Source of the DNA: Saccostrea cucullata
Taxonomy: Eukaryota
Direction of reading: 5' to 3'
NCBI RefSeq assembly: GCF_032062105.1
Contig: NW_026940531.1
Location: 1 to 64,000 of the forward strand
DNA: 64,000 nt
Shown here: piece by piece, positions 24,878-35,880 of the stretch
How positions within the stretch are numbered: position 1 is the stretch's first letter
How the letters are laid out: each line of letters opens with the position of its first letter
Position numbers and translations under genes: made by a program
Notes under the pieces: generated by a model
What the model was told of the DNA's origin: nothing
Seen by the model: only the letters and a program-made list of their open reading frames with translations
Database searches by the model: none

Positions 24878-27200
24878 AACTGAAAGTGAACTGAAAAAAG
24901 TGAAGAAAACCTTGCAATTAGATGTTCAAAGTTTGGATGCCAGGATGGAAGAACTTTCTGAGTCTGCCAAAAATAAATTAAGGCATGGACATCTTAAAAA
25001 ACTGCAAATGTTTGCCAATGAAAGGCAGTACATTCTGTCCTTACTAAAGAAATATTTTGGTAAAAATATGTTTCTTTAAATTCTTTTATTTATTGCTGAA
25101 TACAGTTGAACATCATGATCTCTAGCCTCAATATCTCAAAGTTTATGTATATGTAAAATTGCGTTTTTGACTCCCAACTATCTAAACTGTTATTAGGGCC
25201 CCGCAAGGATTTGCGGGTGCCCTATAGTAATCACTCTGTATGTCCGTCCGTCCGTCCGTCTGTCTGTCACTCTTCCGTCCACAAATTTTCTGTTTTTTTT
25301 CTAATAACTTTTTTTATGGTTGCCCAATCAAGTTTAAATTTGGTATGGTAGTTTAATAGGCAGAAATACAAATTTTTATGCTAAGTTTGATTCTCTACAT
25401 CTTCTAGTTTGGAGCTGGGGTGGTGGGGTAGATTCCTTAACTATGCATAAGAATGAACAGGCAACATTTTTTATGGTTGCCCAATTAAGATCAAATTTGG
25501 TACGGTAGTTCAGTAGGCAAAAATACATATTTTGATGCTAAGTTTGGTCCTCAATGTCCCTTGGTTTGGAGCTGGGGTGGTGGGGTAGATTCCTTAACTT
25601 ATATAAGAATGCATTGGCAAAGAGAGATAACTGCTGAAGATGTTCCCATTCAGTAAACTGGATGCAACTAGGAGTCCCATGGGATTAATTAGCTTTCCTC
25701 CTGAAGAAAATCCAGAGCATTATCTTTATCCGTCACATTGAGATTAATTACCACCTCTGTCTGCAAATGAAGTTTGCTTTGAAGTTAAATCAATTTGGAA
25801 TGCTATGAACACTCTGAATTGTGGATTTAAATATAATTTTTTATTATATATTTTTGTTTGATAGTTATGATTTCATTGAACCCCAAAAAAAGAAATAGAT
25901 TAAAGAAGATTTTTTGATTTACCAGGGTACTTTTTTTTTCACTTTTTTTCCTTTTTTTTTTAAAATATATTAATTCAAGAATGTTTTTAATGTAGTTGTA
26001 TAAAAACCCCATTCTATCATTAATACTGAAAACGTTCTTATTGTAATTTTAGAAGAAAATGATGAGAGAGGTACAATTAATCCCTTGGGTTAAATTATCT
26101 AGCCTGCTGCAGAAAATTTAGTAGGCTTCTCTTTATCTGTCACTTTAAGATTAATGAAAACCTTTGTCTGCAACTGCTGTTTGTTTGAAGTTAAGGTCAA
26201 GCCTTCATGATATTGAAGGCTGGCATTTTATATAACACAAGATTCATAATTGTTTAAATATAAATTCAATGTTAAGTTGTTCTTTACTGCCTAATGTAAA
26301 TACAATAAGATTATTTTCAGGAATTATGTTGAAATTTTAAGAATACAGTTGCTGTTGCTTTTTCTTTGTACATTTATTAATCATTCTGTAAGCTGCACCC
26401 TTTTAATTCTACCCCATGGCGGGGCCCTTCCTGACTGGTCAGTTCTCTAGTTATAATATGATTTTCCTTTTTTGTTTCATAATTAGAGAAGTTGAGATTT
26501 CATACATGTACGTATACTTCTAGTTGGGAGATTCCCTGAATTCCTCACATATTATGCCATCAATTTTAGTGATGACAAGTTTTCAACACGTTCTTAGAAC
26601 TTTTTGAGTGGTATCTACATGAAAATGAAAACTAGTCGCTTTAATATTTAAAATCAGTCAATTCATGTGTAAAAATGTGGGGGTTGTACATTTTTTGGAA
26701 TGTTTAGTTATGAGCACTTATATTAATCATGTTTAATTTACAACGTAAACTCATTCTGACGAAACAAAACATATGAAAAGTCTGAAACAAAGTTGTTTTG
26801 TTAAATAAAGGATATCAAGGTTATTTCGTACTAGATCCCAGTGACTTCATTATAACCAAGTTTGTTGTAGGCAGTGGAACATAAATGCAACATTTAATTT
26901 TGTTTGTTCTTATATAATTTGTACAGATGGACAAGAGATGACAAAAAGAATTTCGAAGCAGTTGTCTTCAAACAGTGAGAGAATAAAGAAGTGTCTCAAA
27001 CAATTTAATACCAACTTCAGTAAAAGTTTTTCCCTTGCTGAAGTCAGCATACCAACTGCTGCTATTTACAAAGATTTAGAAACAACAGCCACCCTAAATG
27101 ATGACCAAATCAAGGCTTGTCAGGCATACTCCCTCCACCAGGTAAATCAAGGCTTGTCAGACATACTCCCTACACCAGCCACTTGGCAGGAACAAATGAC
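24878..27200 (+). pseudogene. Spliced gene fragments resembling a KDZ (Zisupton-type) transposase C-terminus
   Basis: Exon ~24878-25059 (...NERQYILSLLKKYF|gt) joins exon ~26926 (DGQEMTKRISKQL...IKKCLKQFN). Family assigned from recalled similarity only. Mirrored at ~52380-54700. Confidence 0.35.
25190..26452 (+). mobile_element. HINE-type non-autonomous Helentron
   Basis: subTIRs agggccccgc / gcggggccct, (GTCC)n, an internal dimer of ~150-bp units and a 3' hairpin ctgac-tg-gtcag. Confidence 0.75.
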
Positions 27201-28561
27201 AAAAACTGATATAAAAGCTTTGCTCAATTATGCTGATAATACCAACCATAAAAATCTCAATTATGTTGATAATACCAACCAAAAATTATTAAATTTCATT
27301 GTTGAATCCGAACGAAAAATTAGGTATCAAATTGGGCGTAAGCACATGCTTACATACGCATCTCAATGTGCTTCTTTGAACTTCTCAGAAAGGTCTAATT
27401 AAAACTAGAAAATTTTTATCCCGTAAAAGCATTTTTAGATTCCAATGTTTATTGACATTATATGAAATTAGAGATGATTTATGGAGCTTTCCAAAGAACC
27501 TTAAAGCAAATTGAGAGACAAATAATGAAAATTGTTGCATGAAAATATTTAATTTTCAAGATTCATTTAAAGACTTTTTGAATCAAAGTATAAATAAAGA
27601 GTTGCTATTCCTTGCTGAGGGTCGGAGTCAATTAATATCCGTATTTATTTTCATTTATTTTCAAAATATTTAGACAATTTGTTACTGCAGACCTACATGT
27701 TGAACCATTATTGGACACCCCCCCCCTTTCTTACGGAAAATCAGTTTGATAACTTAATGAAAGACATACAACACCAGATGAAAGACCAATAAACCATCTG
27801 TGAGGAAAGAACTCTTTCCGACTGAGGAGCCACCAGTGGTTTTTTCTTTGGAATCGGAGTACGTAAAAAGTAGATACAAGTATAAAAAAGAATGATTTTT
27901 ATTGAAAATAACTGATTTCTGTATGTCCTGTTCATTTTTTCCAATACCTAGAGAGCATGCAAAATCAATCGGATGGTTGGATGACATCGAGCTTGAGTCA
28001 GTCTCCGAGGCCTCAAATGACGCTGGGGATGTAATAGTCATTTCTGACGACAGCTCGGATGATGATAAGTTGGGCGTCTCAATGCCCGACCACAGATGTG
28101 CATTTTGACGTTTTAATAGATAATATATTCTTTCACATACGATATCAAGAGTTGAAATTTTATCAGCATATTTATCTTTTTTTCAGACAGATATTACTTA
28201 ACTACGAAGAGGACCTGATTGAAAAAAAATATTCAAATAAAAAAGACATTAAAAAACTTCTCAAAAAGGATCGCCAAAGTGAACGAGGAGCTCGATGGAG
28301 TACAGTTCACCTCGCATTCCCTCTACTCCGCCGAGTGAGGATACATGAATAACAAAAATAATAATTTATGACACCTTTTCCCCCGATTCTGTATTACTAA
28401 TTAATCGAGTACTTGATGTGTTTTTTGTGTGAAACATACATATCCAGGGAGCAGTTACACCGCCGGGACATTGTATGTGTCTGTGATTAGAAATATCTCT
28501 TCGTTGTGTATTTTTAGATTTCTCAAAAAAGAAGGTTCAAACATTGAACATTAAGTGCCCT

Positions 28562-30292
28562 TTTTAGCTCTTCTGAGCCAAAGGCTCAAAGAGCTAATGC
28601 TATGGCCATTTGTGCGGTGTGCGGTGTGCGTTAACTTTTTAGAATATGGGCCATAACTCAAGAACCCCTTTGCCAATCAGTACCAAATTTGCCACAGGGT
28701 ATCCTTGGCCCAAGGGCTACCATTTATACTAAAATAAGGGTTGGGACCCTAACACAAGGGGAGATAATCAGGAAAACAAAACCAAAAGTACTAGTTGCTA
28801 AAAAATCTTCTTCTCCAGAACCGCCAGGCAGATTTTCACCAAACTTACATACAAGGATCAGGATATGTTGAAGATAAAAAATTGTTCAAGGCATGACCCT
28901 GGGGCAAAGGGCGTGGCCTCAAGGTCACTTTGAAGTTGACCTAAATTTACAATTAATAAAAATGTTTATATTTTGCTTACTATACGGGCTAGGATCATCA
29001 AATCTTGTAAGTTGATGCATCTTAAGACTTCACATCCTGTTAACTCAAAAGTAGGTCACGGTGACCTACTTTTTAAATTTTGCGGGCATTTGTTTTCAAA
29101 TTGATTTGAAGGCATATTTTGGAAACATTAAAGCCTAAGATCATGAAACTTAGTCAGTTGATGCATCTTGGGTCCTTCAACAACGTCAACCAAAAAGTAG
29201 GTCACCGTGACCTACTTTTTGAACTTTATGACTTAACCTTTTTAAAACATTAAATCCCATTATTTCAGGCACTAAAAGGGTTAGAATCATCAAATCTTGT
29301 AAGTTGCTGCATCTTGGGACCTAAAAACATATTTAAGAAAAAGTAGGTCACTGTGACCTACTTTTAAAATTTTGCAGGCATATGTTTTCAAATTGTTTAA
29401 AAGGCATTTTTTGATTACCTTCAGACCTACAATCATTTAACTTGGTCAGGAGATGCATCTTGAGACTCTGAAAAATGTCAACCAAAATGTAGGTCACGGT
29501 GACCTACTTTCGACATTTTATGGCTATATATAAGTATTTTAGGTATTTATTGGCTTAGAATCATCAAACTTTGTGAGTTGATGCATCCTGGGTTTTCGGA
29601 GAGTGACGACCAAAAATTAGGTCACGGTGACCTATTTTTGACATTTTATGGCTATATTTCAGTATCTCCGGTACTTATTGGCTTAGAATCATCAAACTTT
29701 GTCAGTTGATGCATCTTGGGTTTTTGGAGAGTGACAACCAAAAATTAGGTCACGGTGACCTAATTTTTACATTTTATGGCTATATTTAAGTATCTTGGGT
29801 ATTTATTGGCTTAGAATCATCAAGTTTTGTGAGTTGATGCATCTTGGGTTTTCGGAGAGTGACGACCAAAAATTAGGTCACGGTGACCTAATTTCGACAT
29901 TTTATGGCTATATTTAAGTATCTTGGGTATTAATTGGCTTAGAATCATCAAGTTTTGTGAGTTGATGCATCTTGGGTTTTCGGAGAGTGACGACCAAAAA
30001 TTAGGTCATGGTGACCTAATTTTGACATTTATGGCTATATTTAAGTATTTTCTTTAAAAATTGGCTTACAATCATCAAACTTTGTCAGTTGATGCATCTT
30101 GGGTTTTTGGAGAGTGACGACCAAAAATTAGGTCACGATGACCTAATTTCGACATTTTATGGCTATATTTAAGTATCTTGGGTATTTATTGGCTTAGAAT
30201 CATCAAATTTTGTGAGTTGATGCATCTTGGGTTTTCGGAGAGTGATGACCTAAAATTAGGTCACAGTGACCTACTTTTGACATTTAATGGAT
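28562..30292 (+). mobile_element. HINE with an internal satellite array (146-bp then 128-bp units), 3' end missing
   Basis: 5' end ttagctcttctgagccaaaggctcaaagagc and a (tgcgg)n microsatellite. Palindromic core aggtcacggtgacct at 29053, 29199, 29345, 29491, 29619, 29747, 29875, 30003, 30130 and 30258. Confidence 0.8.
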
Positions 30293-30293
30293 A

Positions 30294-33200
30294 TAAAGAT
30301 AAAAGATAAAGATAAGCTTTATTTAAAGTCAGTATGGTAGTTAAAAAAGTAACACAAGCTCTAATGAGCTTTTGACTGACATGATTAACATATACATAAC
30401 AATAAAACAAAGAAAACATGCAGCACTATATAAACATAGAATTCCTTGCAACAATACAGCACACAGTCTAATCTAAAGGACATCGTCAGTTAAAGATACA
30501 TATAAAAACACACATGTATAGACACATAGACAATACAGTACAGATGCATAGAGAAAGCACAGGTTTACATTCATAAGTCACAACATTACAAACATGCGAA
30601 CAGCACATCGACAGAAACATAAAAGAACATAACAGGAAAAAAAAATAGATACATAAGAAGAGACAAACTGACACACATGCACAGACACACAAACAAAAAG
30701 ACACAACTTACCTAGTGGAGCAGGCTGTACACTCACAGTCCTTACCGCTCCAAGAGGCAATCAAAGATTTAAACTGTAAAAAATTGGTTTGACTTTTAAA
30801 ATGTTCAGGTAAGGAGTTCCATAAAACTGGTGCTGCATATCTAAAAGACATTTTGCCATATGATGTAGTTCTCACTTTTGGTATTTCTAAAATGTTTGAA
30901 TATCTAAAATTATATGTCACTTTCTTAAAACTCACTAAGTCTGACAGACATCTAGGAGAAAGGTCATGTAAAATCTTAAAACATTCCAGAGCCATACTAC
31001 GCATTCTTCTAATCTCTAATGATGGTAATTTTGCCTTAAGTAGTAATGACTCATAGCTACTCTCCAAATCTTCATAAATAAAACGTAAAGCTCTTTCTTG
31101 AATTTTCTCAATTTTCCTGGTATTTTTCTTGGAGCAGAAATGCCATACAAGAGGACAGAAATTAAAATTTGACAAAATAAAACTGTAAAATATTGTAATT
31201 TTGTTTGCCCGAGTTAATACTGAGCCAATGCGTTTTAACACATTTAATTGTTGAGCAGCTTTTTTACAGATATTACTAATATGTACATCAAACTTGAGCA
31301 TAAAATCAATATCAATTCCCAATAATTTGACAGTCTCATTACACAAAATCTCTGCACCATCAATTTTAAGTACAGGTTTCTTATCAAAAGTTTTCTTACC
31401 CAAGGCAACTGCCTGAAATTTAGATGGATTGGCTTGCATACAGTTTTCTTTAAACCATTTCAATAATACAGAAATTTCATCTTGTAAAGTATTTATCAAA
31501 GTGTCAAAATCCTTATGCCAGTATGCTTAAGAATTATCATCTGCATAATTATATAAAGACCCATTCTTAATGAAATAAAAAATGTCATTAATAAAAACAT
31601 TGAAAAGTAGTGGTTCAAGGATGGAACCTTGTGGTACTTCCTTTTTAATGCCAACCCAACTACTGACAACTCCCTGAAGTTTCACTTGCTGAAAGCGCTC
31701 AGACAAGTAGCTTCCTAGAATGGATACAGAGTTTGGAGATAAACCATAAGCTGAGAGTTTACTTAATAGTATGTCATGAGGCAAACAATCAAAAGCCTTA
31801 GAGAGGTCCATTAAGATAGCAGCAACATGTAAGTTCTGATCTAAAGCCATTTTCCAGTCTTCAAGGAGTCGCAGTAGTGTAGTTTGGCATCCATGACCTT
31901 TTCTAAATGCACAAAGTGCGTTGTTAAAAATACCATCAAAATAGTCAGAAAGTTGTACACATAAAACCTTTTCAAAAACCTTTGACACGGTTGGTAAAAT
32001 ACTAACAGGTCTATAATTACTTTTTAACAGAGGGTCTTCTTTTTTGTATAAAGGGATGACCTGAGCTTGTTTAAGTCTATCAGGAAAAGTATCCTTTTGT
32101 ATGGATTGGTTAACAAGAATAGAAATATGTTTACTCAAAACAGGTGCTCCAAATTTCAGAAGTTTAGCTGATATTGTATCTACACCAGTGGATTTCTTAA
32201 CATTTAGTTTGTTTATTAATCTGGTCACTTCTTCTTCATTAGTTTTCTTAAAATCAAATGTCTCAGTAAAAGCAAAATTTTCCCTAATGGCATTTAGACT
32301 ACAATGATCTTTTTCATTAAAAACTACATCTTTCCCTATTTCACTAGCCACATTAGCATAAAATTCATTAAAAGTGTTGCAAGTTTCTATTGGGTCATTT
32401 AAAATCTTGTCATTTTCACATAAAAGAATTGTATTTTCTCCGGACTTTGATTTTTTCGATAAGAATGGTTTGATTGTTTTCCAAAAATCTGAACTTTTTT
32501 GTCCCCCTACACATCTTTCTTGAAAATAGTTTCTTATTGATACCCTTTTCAGTTTTGTAACATAATTCCGCTGTTTCCTAAACTCTTCCCAATTATTATC
32601 TGTCTTACACTTGTCAAACTTGTTTTTCAGCATTTGCTTTTTGTAGATAGCCCTTCTTAATTCACAGTTCATGTATGGTACACTATTTTTATGTTTTCGC
32701 CTTTTTTTCCAAGGTGCATGTTTGTCTGCAACATTTACAAATGCTTTTTCAAAATTTTGATAATTTACATTTACATCTGAGGCATCATTTGCTACTGGGG
32801 GTGTTTCAATTTTTTGTAAGTCAGAAATATAGGATTGTACATCAAAGCTCTTAAAACTTCGAGTTAAAAAAACAGAATTTTTAGAATTTGTGATACTGGC
32901 CTTGATAAAAGTTCCAATAAGATTGTGACAATCGCTTACTCCAGTATTAAAATTTAGGGTGTTTTTACATACTGCTTGATCAGATGTCAATATCACATCA
33001 ACAAGGGATGGTTCACAACCCTTTTTAAAACATGTTGGTGATTTAATAATATTACAGATCAAAAATGTCACATATTTCAGCTAGACATTTGGATTTCTCT
33101 TCAATCATCATATCAAAATTCAAATCTCCAAAAACCATGATTTTTTCATAAAAAGAGGTACTTTTTTCAAGAATATTGCACATAGATTTGTTAAAACAGA

Positions 33201-34413
33201 GCTCATTGAAAGATGGAGGTCTATATACACACAGCAAAATCCACTTAATTTTACCTAGTGTCACTTCCATAGTGATGGATTCTAAATCTCGATCCTCAAG
33301 GTCTGTTCTTCTCCTAGCTGGAATATCTGATCGCATAAATACTGCCAGCCCACCTCCATGCCTTGTTCTGTCACGTCGAAACAGTTTATAACCTTCGACT
33401 GCAAAAATAGCATCAAGGAACGAAGAGTCTATTTTCGTTTCGCTAATGATGAGACAGTCAACCAATTTATCAATCAATATGTCTTTAATTTCGTCAAATT
33501 TATACCTTAGACTGTTAATATTTAAGTGACACACCAAAAAGTTATTTAGGTTTTGCTTCCTTGCTACTCGTAACGTCTGCCAGATGTCTGCATCTTCCAG
33601 CTGATCGGTCTCTGAAATTGGGTCACTGGGTTGCGGGTTTTGTATACTCGAATCGTCGAGCCCGATCGTAATGCGGGATACGGGATCTACAGCATCTGCA
33701 GTCGTTGAGGATGAATATGGTATATTGTTTGTACACATACTGCAGGACCATCGACTGATCATCTCTGGATTGATTCCATGCTTGGATGTGACACATTTTA
33801 AATGACATCTAGAACTGCATAATGCACAGACCAGCATTTTTTTATTATTTTTTCTGGTTTGTTTTTAACACACAGAACAAGGAAATTTTATTGGTCCTGG
33901 ATTTGTGGCGACATCACCAGCAATTAAAATTCGAAGAATAAAAAGATATTTGTAGGCTGAGACTCTCGATGTATTGTTTTCATCGTGGCGGGAAATAAAC
34001 AAAGGAATTCTCGGGGAATAAAGTTTATACAGCAAGTAATCGTCCAAATAAATACCGTATATAAACCTGGACAGGAATAAATCCTCCACACGTGAAGTTG
34101 CAACTTCACTGGAGTTCAGTTGCTCATCTGCTGGTGTTATTCTGCAGAACAAGGTCGTGATTGTCAGAGCGATTGTCCACTGAACTGACCAGTCCGCCAT
34201 ATTGTTCCATTCTTTGTGGCAAGTTTTGTTGAAATTGTCCACCAAAAATTTTAAAAGTTAACAGACGGACACACATACAGCTACTATAACAATACCTGGC
34301 CATAAGTGAGTCATAATTTGATTTTTCCACTTTATATTTCATTGAAAAATGCTTTTTCCTAAAATACAATACACCATGTACACTGTAGCAGTATTATTTT
34401 TGTTGATATATAT
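30294..34413 (-). mobile_element. CR1/L2-group LINE (2A-like, PHD, APE, RT), near full-length but disabled
   Basis: ORFs 33865-34245, 33052-33837, 31527-33071 and 30708-31499 form one polyprotein broken by two in-frame TAAs and one frameshift. Motifs: HLNINSL, GDLNFD, SDCH, NYRPVSILP, MDLSKAFD, VPQGS, YADD. 3' AATAAA and (TATCTT)n tail at ~30295-30323. Confidence 0.92.
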
Positions 34414-34418
34414 TGTCG

Positions 34419-35880
34419 AAATGTCGAAATTAGGTCATCGTGACCTAATTTTTGGTCGTCACTCTCCAAAAACCCAAGATGCATCAACTCACAAAGTTTG
34501 ATGATTCTAAGCCAATTTTTAAAGAAAATACTTAAATATAGCCATAAATGTCAAAATTAGGTCACCATGACCTAATTTTTGGTCGTCACTCTCCGAAAAC
34601 CCAAGATGCATCAACTCACAAAACTTGATGATTCTAAGCCAATTAATACCCAAGATACTTAAATATAGCCATAACATGTCGAAATTAGGTCACCGTGACC
34701 TAATTTTTGGTCGTCACTCTCCAAAAACCCAAGATGCATCAACTGACAAAGTTTGATGATTCTAAGTTAATAAGTACCGGAGATACTGAAATATAGCCAT
34801 AAAATGTCAAAAGTAGGTCACCGTGACCTACTTTTTGGTCGTCACTCTCCGAAAACCCACGATGCATCAACTCACAAAGTTTGATGATTCTAAGCCAATA
34901 AATACCTAAGATACTTATATATAGCCATAAAATGTCGAAAATAGGTCACCGTGACCTACATTTTGGTTGACATTTTTCAGAGTCTCAAGATGCATCTCCT
35001 GACCAAGTTTAATGATTGTAGGTCTGAAGGTAATCAAAAAATGCCTTTTAAACAATTTGAAAACATATGCCTGCAAAATTTTAAAAGTAGGTCACAGTGA
35101 CCTACTTTTTCTTAAATATGTTTTTAGGTCCCAAGATGCAGCAACTTACAAGATTTGATGATTCTAACCCTTTTAGTGCCTGAAATAATGGGATTTAATG
35201 TTTTAAAAAGGTTAAGTCATAAAGTTCAAAAAGTAGGTCACGGTGACCTACTTTTTGGTCTTCTTTATTTGAGGACCCAAGATGCATCAACTGACTAAGT
35301 TTCATGATCATAGGCCTTAAAGTGTCCAAAATATGCCTTCAAATCAATTTGAAAACAAATGCCCGCAAAATTTAAAAAGTAGGTCACCGTGACCTACTTT
35401 TGAGTTAACAGGATGTGAAGTCTTAAGATGCATCAACTTACAAGATTTGATGATCCTAGCCCGTATAGTAAGCAAAATATAAACATTTTTATTAATTGTA
35501 AATTTAGGTCAACTTCAAAGTGACCTTGAGGCCACGCCCTTTGCCCCAGGGTCATGCCTTGAACAATTTTTAATCTTCAACATATCCTGATCCTTGTATG
35601 TAAGTTTGGTGAAAATCTGCCTGGCGGTTCTGGAGAAGAAGATTTTTTAGCAACTAGTACTTTTGGTTTTGTTTTCCTGATTATCTCCCCTTGTGTTAGG
35701 ATCCCAACCCTTATTTTAGTATAAATGGTAGCCCTTGGGCCAAGGATACCCTGTGGCAAATTTGGTACTGATTGGCAAAGGGGTTCTTGAGTTATGGCCC
35801 ATATTCTAAAAAGTTAACGCACACCGCACAAATGGCCATAGCATTAACTCTTTGAGCCTTTGGCTCAGAAGAGCTAAAAA
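34419..35880 (-). mobile_element. Satellite-bearing HINE (mirror copy, 8 cores)
   Basis: Cores at 34432, 34559, 34687, 34815, 34943, 35089, 35235 and 35381. 5' end ggctcagaagagctaaaaa. Confidence 0.8.

Larger units (their letters stand above)
20119..30157 (+). repeat. Giant inverted repeat 2, left arm (B')
   Basis: Reverse complement of 34419-36788 plus 51931-59360. Mirrored ORFs include 20135/59344, 21984/57494, 26938/52643 and 28689/35759. Confidence 0.95.

Noticed and set aside
27690-28350. Exon-like acidic coding fragments (mirrored at 36100-36740)
   Set aside because: I could not build a consistent reading frame or assign a family.
28990-30292. Regularly spaced palindromic repeats resembling a CRISPR array
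   Set aside because: The intervening sequence is itself repeated (no unique spacers), there are no cas genes, and the context is a eukaryotic HINE satellite.
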